Of a stretch of DNA of 64,000 nt, positions 1-9,530 are shown piece by piece. Both the position numbers and the translations under genes were made by a program. Origin of the DNA: Crocinitomicaceae bacterium (GTDB lineage: Bacteria; Bacteroidota; Bacteroidia; Flavobacteriales_D; CAJJDF01). Each line of letters begins with the position of its first letter. Within the stretch, counting starts at the first letter, position 1. Under the pieces are notes generated by a model that did no database searches, had not been told where the DNA came from, and saw only the letters and a list, made by a program, of their open reading frames with translations. The stretch covers positions 4,056-68,055 of the forward strand of contig JAHEIE010000019.1 in the NCBI GenBank assembly GCA_024639505.1, in the 5' to 3' direction.

Positions 1-1
1 T

Positions 2-1012
2 AATTTACTTTCAGATAAAGCCCCAATTGAAAGTGTTGTAGTGTTTGATGAAGCTCAAAGAGCTTGGACAAATGATCAAGTTAGTTCGTTTATGAAAAGG
101 AAAAAAGGAGTTGAAGATTTTAACAAATCAGAACCCGAATTTCTAATTGATGTTATGAACAGACATTCTGATTGGTGTACAATAGTTTGTTTAATTGGTG
201 GTGGGCAAGAAATAAACACAGGCGAAGCTGGATTAGAAGAATGGATTAGTTCTCTTAAAAACCATTTTCCTGACTGGGACATTCACTACTCTAGTTCAAT
301 ATTAGAAAGTGATAACTATTTAAAATCTGCAGAATCGAGAAAATGGTTAATCGGAAATGGAATAAGTGAAATGGAATTGCACCTTGCGGTATCTGTTAGA
401 TCATTTAGATCAGAACAATTATCAAATTTCATTCACGAGTTGCTTAATATTGAAATTGAAAACTCACAACGAATTTACTCGGAAATCAAAAAATCTTACC
501 CTATTGTTTTAACAAGAAACCTTGAAAAAGCAAAAAAGTGGCTTCGCGATAGTGCTAAAGGAAGTGAAAGGATTGGATTAATTAGTTCCTCAGGAGCCAG
601 AAGGCTAAGGCCTTTAGGTATTGATGTTAAAAATGAAATTTCTGCACCAAGTTGGTTTCTAAATAACAGCCAAGATATTCGCTCTTCTTATTTCTTAGAA
701 GAAGTTGCTACTGAATTTGATATTCAGGGGCTCGAGATAGATTGGGCTTGTGTTGCTTGGGGTGGTAACTTTCATTTTAATAATACAGATTGGAAATATC
801 AAAATTTCAAAGGAACCAAATGGCAAAACATAAATAAGGATATAGACAAAGAGTATTTAAAAAATACTTATCGAGTTCTTCTCACAAGAGCACGTCAAGG
901 AATGGTAATATTTGTTCCTGAAAGCAGTGATTTAGATCACACAAGGCCTAAGGCTTTTTATGACGAGACATATGAATATTTGAAGGAAATTGGAATACAA
1001 GAAATCGAATAA
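2..1012 (+). CDS. DUF2075-type P-loop NTPase / SF1-helicase-like protein, C-terminal part (5' end lies outside the window)
   Basis: The frame is open from base 2 with no stop. A Walker-B-like VVVFDEAQRAW sits at the window edge and LLTRARQGMVIFVPE near the C-terminus; both are typical of DUF2075 ATPases. Confidence 0.7.
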   Translation, partial: NLLSDKAPIESVVVFDEAQRAWTNDQVSSFMKRKKGVEDFNKSEPEFLIDVMNRHSDWCTIVCLIGGGQEINTGEAGLEEWISSLKNHFPDWDIHYSSSILESDNYLKSAESRKWLIGNGISEMELHLAVSVRSFRSEQLSNFIHELLNIEIENSQRIYSEIKKSYPIVLTRNLEKAKKWLRDSAKGSERIGLISSSGARRLRPLGIDVKNEISAPSWFLNNSQDIRSSYFLEEVATEFDIQGLEIDWACVAWGGNFHFNNTDWKYQNFKGTKWQNINKDIDKEYLKNTYRVLLTRARQGMVIFVPESSDLDHTRPKAFYDETYEYLKEIGIQEIE

Positions 1013-1146
1013 ATAAAACACGAAAACACAACAATGTGTATAGTGCATAGCACCCTTCGGGATGCTACGACACCATACACGGAACGTTCTCATACCCAAT
1101 CTGTCCAACAAAAAAAAGTAGTAAAACACAACCCCATTCAAAACAA

Positions 1147-1512
1147 ATGAACTGCCCTTGCAATCCATCAAATCTGTATGAAAACTGCTGTAAAAGAGCA
1201 CATGAAGAAATAAACTCTGTCACTTCTCCAGAAGTCTTGATGCGATCGAGATACAGTGCTTTTGTGTTGGCAAATGTGGATTACCTTCAAAAAAGTCATC
1301 ACAATTCTTCGAGACCTTCAAAACTTGAAAAAAGAGAAATATTGACTTGGACAAAATCTGTGGAATGGATAAAACTGGAGGTACTGAATAACACAAAAAA
1401 CACGGTTGAGTTTAAGGCCTATTTTAGAGAGAACGGAAGTTTAAATTTCATCCATGAAAACTCATTGTTTGTGAAAGAAAACGGTCATTGGGTTTACAAA
1501 AGTGCATTGTAA
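1147..1512 (+). CDS. YchJ/UPF0225 family SEC-C-motif protein
   Basis: N-terminal Cys cluster MNCPCNPSNLYENCC followed by the MRSRYSAF motif; length of 121 aa fits the family. Confidence 0.7.
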   Translation: MNCPCNPSNLYENCCKRAHEEINSVTSPEVLMRSRYSAFVLANVDYLQKSHHNSSRPSKLEKREILTWTKSVEWIKLEVLNNTKNTVEFKAYFRENGSLNFIHENSLFVKENGHWVYKSAL

Positions 1513-1556
1513 AAAGCATTTTCTTTATATTTATCCCAGAAACCTAATACATACTC

Positions 1557-2318
1557 TTGCATCAAGAAATAAACAACCCCAGAGCTAAATGCTACGCCTG
1601 CATGAGACCCGAAAATTCTTGCATTTGTTCTTTTACTCGGCCTATCCAAACAAAGTCTCGTTTTATTATTTTGATGCACCCCAAGGAGTACAAAAAAGAA
1701 AGAAATGGAACTGGGCGAATGACCCAACTTCAACTTACAAATTCAGAAATTATTGTTGGGGTAGATTTTACCCAAAATAAGCGCGTAATTGAATTGCTAA
1801 CTAACGAAAATAATAATTCATTTTTACTTTATCCAGGAGAAGAATCTTTTAATCTTTCGCTTAGAAAAAGCTCAGAAACCACCTCTTTTCTGGGTAAAAA
1901 CCCGAATATCTTTATTCTGGATGGAACTTGGCCTTGCGCCAAAAAAATGATACGAATGAGCAAAAACTTACAAGCTTTGCCCCGCGTAAGTTTCGACAAC
2001 CAAATTCAATCCAAATTCATTATTAAACAACAGCCAGCACCACTTTGTTTGAGTACAATTGAGTCAACTTATACCGTTCTTAATTTGCTAAACACAGCAG
2101 AGGTAGAAAATTGTGATACCACTGATTTTCTTTTGCCTTTTGAAAAAATGATTGAAAACCAAGTGGATTATCTGCTAAACCCTAGCAGCCAGAATTACCG
2201 ACCAAACACCACAGGAACTATTACAACAAAGAACCACTACAAGAAAAACACACAGAGGAATATAGTTTTTGAAAAAGAGAGGAAAGCTCTTACTAAAACT
2301 AACTCACAGAGCTTGTAG
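1557..2318 (+). CDS. DTW-domain tRNA-uridine aminocarboxypropyltransferase-like protein
   Basis: N-terminal C-x2-C ... C-x-C cluster (KCYACMRPENSCICSF) and DGTW motif (FILDGTWPCAKKM). Starts at TTG; the start is uncertain. Confidence 0.75.
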   Translation: MHQEINNPRAKCYACMRPENSCICSFTRPIQTKSRFIILMHPKEYKKERNGTGRMTQLQLTNSEIIVGVDFTQNKRVIELLTNENNNSFLLYPGEESFNLSLRKSSETTSFLGKNPNIFILDGTWPCAKKMIRMSKNLQALPRVSFDNQIQSKFIIKQQPAPLCLSTIESTYTVLNLLNTAEVENCDTTDFLLPFEKMIENQVDYLLNPSSQNYRPNTTGTITTKNHYKKNTQRNIVFEKERKALTKTNSQSL

Positions 2319-2432
2319 ATACACAATCGAAATATTTCTGTTGTTCTAACTCTATTTTAAGCCGAGAAGAAACTTTTAATCGAATACTTCTTATCTTTAC
2401 ACTTATTCAAATCAAAAGAACCCACCCAATAC

Positions 2433-3275
2433 ATGGCTGAACTGAACTGGAAAACAGAAAAAGAATACGAAGAAATCACTTTCAAAACACTAAATGGTGT
2501 AGCAAGAATCGCTTTTAACAGGCCCGAATGCAGAAATGCATTTACGCCCAAAACAGTTGATGAATTATGGGAAGCTCTCATTATTTGTCACGAAAGTCAA
2601 GAAATTGGAGTTGTTCTTATCACTGGTGAAGGACCATCTGAAAAAGATGGCGGATGGGCATTTTGCTCGGGTGGTGACCAAAGAGTGAGATCTACCACGG
2701 GTTACAAAGGAACCAACGGAATCAATAGATTCAACATTTTGGATGTTCAGCGCCAGATACGATTCATGAATAAGGTGGTAATTGCAGTAGTTCCAGGATG
2801 GTGCGTTGGTGGAGGTCACAGTTTGCACGTAGTATGCGATTTGACATTAGCCAGTAAAGAACACGCAATATTCAAACAAACAGATGCAGATGTAGCTAGT
2901 TTTGATGGAGGGTTTGGCTCGGCTTATTTGGCTCGCCAAGTGGGACAAAAAAGAGCACGAGAAATTTTCTTTTTGGGAGCAAATTATACTGCTCAAGAAG
3001 CTTTTGAGATGGGAATGGTAAACAAGGTTGTTCCTCATGATGAACTAGAGCAGGAAGCTTACGATTGGGCGCAAGAAATTATGACAAAAAGTCCAACAGC
3101 TATCAAAATGTTGAAATTTGGGTTCAATCTAATTGATGATGGATTGGTAGGACAACAAGTATATGCCGGTGAAGCGACAAGGTTGGCCTACGGAACGGAT
3201 GAAGCAGTAGAAGGAAGAAATGCATTTTTAGAAAAAAGAGAAAGAGATTTTTCCAAGTTCCCTAAGTTTCCTTAA
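2433..3275 (+). CDS. menB: 1,4-dihydroxy-2-naphthoyl-CoA synthase
   Basis: Crotonase fold with the MenB-specific GGWAFCSGGDQRVR and VPGWCVGGGH blocks; 280 aa. Confidence 0.9.
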   Translation: MAELNWKTEKEYEEITFKTLNGVARIAFNRPECRNAFTPKTVDELWEALIICHESQEIGVVLITGEGPSEKDGGWAFCSGGDQRVRSTTGYKGTNGINRFNILDVQRQIRFMNKVVIAVVPGWCVGGGHSLHVVCDLTLASKEHAIFKQTDADVASFDGGFGSAYLARQVGQKRAREIFFLGANYTAQEAFEMGMVNKVVPHDELEQEAYDWAQEIMTKSPTAIKMLKFGFNLIDDGLVGQQVYAGEATRLAYGTDEAVEGRNAFLEKRERDFSKFPKFP

Positions 3276-3305
3276 TTTTAAAGAATAATAAAAACAACTA
3301 TTACG

Positions 3306-3836
3306 ATGAAAATTGCAGCTCCATTCAACCTACAAAAGTGGATTGACGAAAACAGAGACTTACTAAAACCACCTGTTGGAAACAAAAACCTATACAAGGA
3401 TGCAGGTGATTTCATTGTAATGATTGTAGGTGGACCCAATGCCCGAAAAGACTACCACTGGAATGAAACCGAAGAATTGTTCTACCAATTGGAAGGAGAC
3501 ATCATGGTTACAGTTCAGCAAGACGGAAAAGCTGTAGAAGTTCCAATTAAAGCAGGAGAAATGTTTTTGTTGCCTGGCAACATTCCTCACAATCCTGTTC
3601 GCCCAGCAAACTCCATTGGTTTGGTAATTGAACGAAAAAGAAAAGGAACCGACATGAAAGATGGTTTACTTTGGTTTTGCGACAACTGTAATACCAGACT
3701 ACACGAAACTTATTTTTCGCAAAACGATATCGAAACAGATTTCCAATCAAGATTCAAGGAGTTTTATACTTCTGAAGAAAAAAGAACTTGCAACAACTGC
3801 AATCACGTAATGGAAATTGACGAAAGATTTATTTAG
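3306..3836 (+). CDS. 3-hydroxyanthranilate 3,4-dioxygenase
   Basis: Cupin with the HAAO signature (FNLQKWIDENRDLLKPPVGNK, DYHWNETEELFYQLEGD, GNIPHNPVR). Also carries the C-terminal rubredoxin-like 4-Cys site CDNC...CNNC seen in bacterial HAO. Confidence 0.9.
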   Translation: MKIAAPFNLQKWIDENRDLLKPPVGNKNLYKDAGDFIVMIVGGPNARKDYHWNETEELFYQLEGDIMVTVQQDGKAVEVPIKAGEMFLLPGNIPHNPVRPANSIGLVIERKRKGTDMKDGLLWFCDNCNTRLHETYFSQNDIETDFQSRFKEFYTSEEKRTCNNCNHVMEIDERFI

Positions 3837-3837
3837 G

Positions 3838-4866
3838 ATGACAGAAAGAGCAGAAGATATATTAAGTATTGATATACACACTCATATCCTTCCTAAGGAT
3901 ATCCCTAATTTTAAAAAGAAATTTGGCTACGGAGGATTTATTCACCTAGACCATCACAAACCTTGTTGTGCCAGAATGATGATGGACGACAAGTTTTTTC
4001 GTGAAATAGAAGACAATTGCTGGAGTGCCGAAGCACGAATGACTGAATGCGATGCACAACACATCAATGTGCAGGTTTTATCTACTGTTCCTGTAATGTT
4101 TTCGTATTGGGCAAAACCCCAAGATTGCTTGGATGTTTCTATGTTTTTGAATGATCACATTGCTGGAATTGTAGAAAAATACCCAAAACGATTTGTAGGG
4201 TTAGGAACTGTTCCGATGCAAGCTCCAGAAATGGCGATTAAAGAAATAAAACGATGCAAAGAAATTGGACTGAAAGGAATTGAAATTGGTTCTCACGTGA
4301 ACGATTGGAACCTCAACGACCCCAATTTATTTCCAATATTTCAGGCTTGTGAAGAACTAGACATGGCTGTTTTTGTTCACCCTTGGGACATGATGTCAAA
4401 ATCTAAAATGGAAAAATATTGGCTTCCTTGGCTCGTAGGAATGCCTGCAGAAACAAGTTTAGCCATTTGCTCTATGATATTTGGGGGAGTATTCGAGAGA
4501 TTGCCAAACTTGCGTGTAGCGTTTGCTCATGGTGGTGGTTCTTTTCCTGCTACAATTTCAAGAATTCAGCATGGCTTTGATGTACGACCAGATTTATGCG
4601 CCATTGACAACAATGTGGCTCCCAAAGAATATTTGGGTAAATTTTGGTTAGATTCTTTGGTTCATGACGAAGCGAATCTAAAATACATCATGGATTTGAT
4701 TGGATCGGATAAAGTGGCTCTAGGTTCAGATTATCCTTTTCCATTGGGCGAATTACAACCAGGTAAATTGATAAGAGAATTTGATTTGGAACAAAAAACC
4801 AAAGAAGATTTACTGCATAAGTCTGCATTATCTTGGTTGAACATGAAAAAATCTGATTTCATTTAA
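3838..4866 (+). CDS. 2-amino-3-carboxymuconate-6-semialdehyde decarboxylase (amidohydrolase_2 family)
   Basis: SIDIHTHILP metal motif, HPWD, AHGGGSFP and LGSDYPFPLGE blocks typical of ACMSD. I prefer ATG 3838 over the track's TTG 3817, which overlaps the upstream stop. Confidence 0.85.
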   Translation: MTERAEDILSIDIHTHILPKDIPNFKKKFGYGGFIHLDHHKPCCARMMMDDKFFREIEDNCWSAEARMTECDAQHINVQVLSTVPVMFSYWAKPQDCLDVSMFLNDHIAGIVEKYPKRFVGLGTVPMQAPEMAIKEIKRCKEIGLKGIEIGSHVNDWNLNDPNLFPIFQACEELDMAVFVHPWDMMSKSKMEKYWLPWLVGMPAETSLAICSMIFGGVFERLPNLRVAFAHGGGSFPATISRIQHGFDVRPDLCAIDNNVAPKEYLGKFWLDSLVHDEANLKYIMDLIGSDKVALGSDYPFPLGELQPGKLIREFDLEQKTKEDLLHKSALSWLNMKKSDFI

Positions 4867-4884
4867 CAGAAGTAATCGAAATGA

Positions 4885-5949
4885 TTATTTCTTTAATACC
4901 CACAAAGAAATTCCTTCCTCTTGCTTAGTTGAAGCCAAAAACTGCTTTGCTTCTTTTCTAGTAGCAAAACTTTGAATAGCAACTCGGTACAAACTTCCTT
5001 TTTTGTCTACAATCTTGGATTCATTCCCTTTGCTTTTCCAATCTTCAACAAGGTTATCCGCATTTTCTTTCACCGAAAAACATCCTGCAATTACGTGGTA
5101 GCTTTTTACTGCTGTAAACTCTATTGGTTTTATGAAAGTAGAATCAATTTTAGCAGGAATCACTTCTAATTCAATCTCTTTTTCTGGAACTACCGCATTT
5201 ACAACTTTAGCAGTTATTATATCCTCATTCTCCCATATCAGAGCGAATTCTTGATTCGTTCTTGGTGTATATTCCTGAACGTAAACAGGATTAAACGGAT
5301 TTACATCTGCAATATTCAATTTATTATAAGGCACTTCGGTTTGAATCCCAAAGTATAATCCTGCAGCCAAAATTGGAACCATCAATAAGGGAACCAACTG
5401 TCCATAACGCTTTGTCGTTTTGGGTTTAGATTCTTTTTGAACTTTAGGTTTCGTAACTTCTGACACTTTTTGCTCCTCAATTCTCGAAATGATTTTTACA
5501 GGAGTTTCTTTCTTTGGCTTCGTAACTGGCGAAACTAATTTTTCAATCGAAATGGCAGAAAGACCGTATGAATCTTTTAAGAAATTAGTAGAGGCTTGCT
5601 GAAATTGGATGTTTTTTTCTTTATCAAAAAACAACACTCCTACTCTTTCAATCTCAACTCTTCCTTCTTCATTTAGACGTAAGAAACAATCGTCCTTGAA
5701 CTCCAATAACATTTGCTGTGCTTCTGCCATGGACAAAGATTGCTTTTCTGCAATTTTTGCTGACAATAAACCATCGTTAAAAACAAGGTGTTTGTTAAAA
5801 AGGATTCTTTTTGTTGCCGGAAAAAAGACAGAAGTAAACTGATTGAAGTACGCAGGCTTTTTTGAAGTAATAAAACCTCCAAAATCTGGTACAATAACAC
5901 AATCGTGATCGTGCAGTAGTTCTTCTATATGTTTATCTATCTTTTTCAT
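4885..5949 (-). CDS. HU-CCDC81-like N-terminal domain / C-terminal SPOR-domain membrane protein
   Basis: N-terminal DCVIVPDFGGFITSKKPAYFN repeat type, a central TM helix (LVPLLMVPILAAGLYFGI), and a C-terminal SPOR-like block (YHVIAGCFSVKENADNLV...YRVAIQSFATRKEAKQFL). Confidence 0.7.
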   Translation of the reverse strand: MKKIDKHIEELLHDHDCVIVPDFGGFITSKKPAYFNQFTSVFFPATKRILFNKHLVFNDGLLSAKIAEKQSLSMAEAQQMLLEFKDDCFLRLNEEGRVEIERVGVLFFDKEKNIQFQQASTNFLKDSYGLSAISIEKLVSPVTKPKKETPVKIISRIEEQKVSEVTKPKVQKESKPKTTKRYGQLVPLLMVPILAAGLYFGIQTEVPYNKLNIADVNPFNPVYVQEYTPRTNQEFALIWENEDIITAKVVNAVVPEKEIELEVIPAKIDSTFIKPIEFTAVKSYHVIAGCFSVKENADNLVEDWKSKGNESKIVDKKGSLYRVAIQSFATRKEAKQFLASTKQEEGISLWVLKK

Positions 5950-5987
5950 TAATCAACAAAGCAAAGTTAATTATTTCCGTTAATTAA

Positions 5988-6764
5988 TTAAAAATTATCG
6001 GAATTAAGTATTCTTTCCAAATCTTCGGGTGTATCAATTCCAATTATATCTTCTTCTATTTCAGATACTTGAATTGTGAAATGGTGCGACAACCACCTTA
6101 AATTTTCTAAACTTTCTGCCTGCTCGAGCATAGAATGTTCAATCTCCTGAATTTCATAAAACTCATCAATATTAAAGCCATAAATTCCTATATGCTTGTA
6201 ATACTCTGCCTGTTCGAGCCAAAGTTCTTTTTCCTGTCCTCTCACAAACGGAATTGGGTGGCGGCTAAAATAAAGGGCATCTCTTGGCTCCTCGTTCCCC
6301 TCATTTTCAGTCAGAACTACTTTTACTACATTTTCGTTGAACAATTCATCTCCTGATGTAATTCTTTTTGCTAATGTCCCTATTTCGGCTTGGTCATCAT
6401 TCAATAATATATCACACACTTTGTCAATGTGATTGGGTGAAATAAATGGCTCGTCTCCTTGAATATTCACTACTACATCAAAAAACTCTCCTTTGCTTTC
6501 CAATTTCTCAATAACTTCCCCACACCTTTCTGTCCCCGATTGATGAGTATCTGCAGTCATAACCGCCATTCCACCAAAATCCAAAACATGATCATAGATT
6601 CTTTTGTCATCGGTTGCAACAACTACTTTTGTCAATCTTTTCGATTTTTCGCACTGTTCCACTACTCTCTGTATCATTGATTTCCCTTTGATATCGACCA
6701 AAGGTTTTCCTGGAAACCTTGAGGATTCATATCGAGCTGGAATAATTCCTATTACTTTCTTCAT
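5988..6764 (-). CDS. kdsB: 3-deoxy-manno-octulosonate cytidylyltransferase
   Basis: IIPARYESSRFPGKPL N-terminus and the NIQGDEP motif. Confidence 0.9.
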   Translation of the reverse strand: MKKVIGIIPARYESSRFPGKPLVDIKGKSMIQRVVEQCEKSKRLTKVVVATDDKRIYDHVLDFGGMAVMTADTHQSGTERCGEVIEKLESKGEFFDVVVNIQGDEPFISPNHIDKVCDILLNDDQAEIGTLAKRITSGDELFNENVVKVVLTENEGNEEPRDALYFSRHPIPFVRGQEKELWLEQAEYYKHIGIYGFNIDEFYEIQEIEHSMLEQAESLENLRWLSHHFTIQVSEIEEDIIGIDTPEDLERILNSDNF

Positions 6765-7474
6765 TTCAATAGATTTTTATACATCCCTACTGTTTTTTCA
6801 AAACCATAATACAACGCATCAGCTACAAAAGCGTGTCCAATGGATACTTCCAACAAATTGGGAATTGAATCAGAAAAATACTTTAAATTTTCAAGACTCA
6901 AGTCGTGACCAGCATTTAAACCCACTCCCATTTCCGAAGCTAATTTTGCTGCATCCATAAAGGGAGCTATTGCCTCTTCTCTGTTTTTTTGATATCCACT
7001 CGCATAAGATTCTGTGTACAATTCGGCTCTGTCCACATCAATAAGAGCAAGTTCCTCTATGTCTTTGAGGTTTGCCTCCATAAATACAGAAGTTCTTATC
7101 CCCGCTTTTTTAAATTCCGCCAATGATTCTTGCAACAAAGAGAGGTTATTCTTTATTTTCCATCCTGCGTTGGAAGTCAATACTTCGGGAGGATCCGGCA
7201 CTAATGTTACTTGATGTGGTTTGGTAGAAAGAACCAAATCCATGAATTTTTTATTTGGATATCCTTCTACATTAAACTCTGTTGTAACCTCATTTGCCAA
7301 GTCAAAAACATCGGCATATCTAATGTGCCTTTCGTCTGGTCGTGGGTGAACAGTAATTCCATCTGCGCCAAATTTTTCTATATCCAACGCAACTTTTAGC
7401 ACATTTGGGACGTTGTTTCCTCGAGCATTCCTTATTGTGGCTACTTTATTTATATTTACACTTAATTTTGTCAT
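6761..7474 (-). CDS. pdxJ: pyridoxine 5'-phosphate synthase
   Basis: LSVNINKVATIRNARG and ITVHPRPDERHI motifs; 4-nt overlap with kdsB. Confidence 0.9.
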   Translation of the reverse strand: MTKLSVNINKVATIRNARGNNVPNVLKVALDIEKFGADGITVHPRPDERHIRYADVFDLANEVTTEFNVEGYPNKKFMDLVLSTKPHQVTLVPDPPEVLTSNAGWKIKNNLSLLQESLAEFKKAGIRTSVFMEANLKDIEELALIDVDRAELYTESYASGYQKNREEAIAPFMDAAKLASEMGVGLNAGHDLSLENLKYFSDSIPNLLEVSIGHAFVADALYYGFEKTVGMYKNLLK

Positions 7475-7576
7475 ATTTTTGTAAGTAAACTGTACTACGA
7501 AAGAACAGCTTTTTGTTCAGAAAAGGGATATTTAAAGGTAAAAAAAATAGACAACAAATTACATCAGAATTTTACA

Positions 7577-8239
7577 ATGATTGCATCTCAATTAATCGTG
7601 GACCTGCTTCCTGCTCTAAAACCTTCAGATAGTTTTGGGCAGGCATTGCTATGGATGAGTGAATTCAAAGTAAGTCATTTGCCTTTGGTTTCAAACAATA
7701 GATTTGTGGGAATTGTAGCGGAAGAAGATATTTTAGACACCAGTTTTTCTGAAGTCACTTTTGACGCTTCCTCTCAGCAACTGGATTCAATTTTTATCTA
7801 TGAATACCAGCACATTTTCGAAGTAATGAGAAAAATGTCGGAGTTTCAGCTCACGATTATGCCTATTCTCAACAGAAATGATGAGTACATTGGTTCTACA
7901 ACTTTGTCTCAACTGATGACGATTGCCTCGAATACAACTTCCATCAAGGAACCTGGTGGTGTTATTATTTTGAGAGTAAACTCCAAAGATTATTCCTTGT
8001 CACAAATTGCTCAAATTGTAGAAAGTAACAACGCTCGAATCCTAAGTTCTTTCATTACTTCCTCCGATGACTCCTCTCAAATAGATGTTACAATCAAATT
8101 GAACAAAAAAGAACTTGGAGCAATTCTTCAAACCTTTCAGAGGTATGATTATGCTGTCATAGAAACCTACCAGAAAGACGATGATTTTGATGAACTAAAA
8201 AATAGATTTGATAATTTAATGAATCTTTTGGATTTATAG
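7577..8239 (+). CDS. CBS domain pair protein
   Basis: Two CBS-like modules (HLPLVSNNRFVGIVAEEDIL; IMPILNRNDEYIGSTTLSQLM). Confidence 0.7.
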   Translation: MIASQLIVDLLPALKPSDSFGQALLWMSEFKVSHLPLVSNNRFVGIVAEEDILDTSFSEVTFDASSQQLDSIFIYEYQHIFEVMRKMSEFQLTIMPILNRNDEYIGSTTLSQLMTIASNTTSIKEPGGVIILRVNSKDYSLSQIAQIVESNNARILSSFITSSDDSSQIDVTIKLNKKELGAILQTFQRYDYAVIETYQKDDDFDELKNRFDNLMNLLDL

Positions 8240-8254
8240 TAATTTTACGCCACA

Positions 8255-9529
8255 ATGAAACAAACTTTAACCTTTATACTTTTTCTGTTTTTTATTCAAG
8301 CAGGAATTGCTCAACCTTCAAATGACAATTGCGCAAATGCAGTTGAAATTTGCATATCTAAACCCAAGTCAGGGACAACCAACAACGCTACAAGCCAAAT
8401 TTGTGGAACTTGTGCGGATGGGTCAACAGTAGTTGGTTCTGCATGCTTCCAGATGGTAAAAACAGTTTGGTATCAATTTACAACGAATGCCACAGGCGGA
8501 AATGCTGACATTAACGTGTCTTCTGTCAATTGCTCGACAGGATCCAACGGATTAAGCGGAATTGTGTATTCTACTGGCACACCTTGCAACTCATCAACTT
8601 ATTCTGCTGCCTCAAATTGCGTTGTTAATTCTGCTGGAAACTTTACTTTGAATGCAACTGGATTAGTGGCCAACACAACATACTACATACTAATTGCAAG
8701 TGATTCTTCGGGACAATGTAATTTTGACATTGAAGTAACTGGTCCTGCAGTTGTATTGCCAGCAAGTACTATTGTTATAACTAATAACATTGATACCAAT
8801 ACAGTTTGTCCAGAAGACATTGTTACGTTTTCTGCCGCAGTAACAAACTGTACCAATCCTGTGGTGAATTGGTTTGTAAATGGCGGTTACGCATCCACAA
8901 CGACTAATGGGAATTCTTTTCAAAGAGACTATTTTGTAAATGGCGATGTAGTTGGAGCACAAGTAGAATGCGACTGTGGAGCAAATACAGGTTCCAATCA
9001 ACTTACAATTAATGTACATCCCTATATTACAATTAGTGCTGGACCCTACACCAACATTCCATTTGGTGGATCTACACAACTAAAAGGATCTGGAGGCGTA
9101 ACCTATTCTTGGGCTCCTGCAGAAACATTAGATAATCCAAACATTGCCAACCCAACAGCTACTCCTTTGGGAGCAACAACCTACACCTTAACTGCAACCT
9201 CTATTGAAGGATGCCGATTTTTTTCAGATGTAATTGTAAATGTATTGGATTCTATTTTTGTTCCCAACACTTTCACTCCCAACTCAGATGGAGTGAATGA
9301 TACATGGGAAATAAGACTCATTGAATTTTTCCCAAAAGCAGAAATCACTGTATTTGACCGATGGGGACAAATTGTTTTTAAAACAATTGGATATCCAAAT
9401 TCAGCAAGATGGGATGGAACACGAAACGGGACAAAACTTCCCGCTTCCACTTATTACTACACTATCAGTTTGAGCATCGATTCGAAAGAAGAAAGAATAA
9501 AAACTGGATCTGTAACTCTAATTTATTAA
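8255..9529 (+). CDS. Secreted protein with a Cys-rich N-terminal domain, Ig-like repeats and a T9SS type B C-terminal sorting domain
   Basis: Signal peptide. The C-terminal FVPNTFTPNSDGVNDTWEI...FDRWGQIVF...WDGTRNGTKLPASTYYYTI...GSVTLIY matches the gliding-motility-associated/CHU_C type-B CTD. Confidence 0.85.
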   Translation: MKQTLTFILFLFFIQAGIAQPSNDNCANAVEICISKPKSGTTNNATSQICGTCADGSTVVGSACFQMVKTVWYQFTTNATGGNADINVSSVNCSTGSNGLSGIVYSTGTPCNSSTYSAASNCVVNSAGNFTLNATGLVANTTYYILIASDSSGQCNFDIEVTGPAVVLPASTIVITNNIDTNTVCPEDIVTFSAAVTNCTNPVVNWFVNGGYASTTTNGNSFQRDYFVNGDVVGAQVECDCGANTGSNQLTINVHPYITISAGPYTNIPFGGSTQLKGSGGVTYSWAPAETLDNPNIANPTATPLGATTYTLTATSIEGCRFFSDVIVNVLDSIFVPNTFTPNSDGVNDTWEIRLIEFFPKAEITVFDRWGQIVFKTIGYPNSARWDGTRNGTKLPASTYYYTISLSIDSKEERIKTGSVTLIY

Positions 9530-9530
9530 G

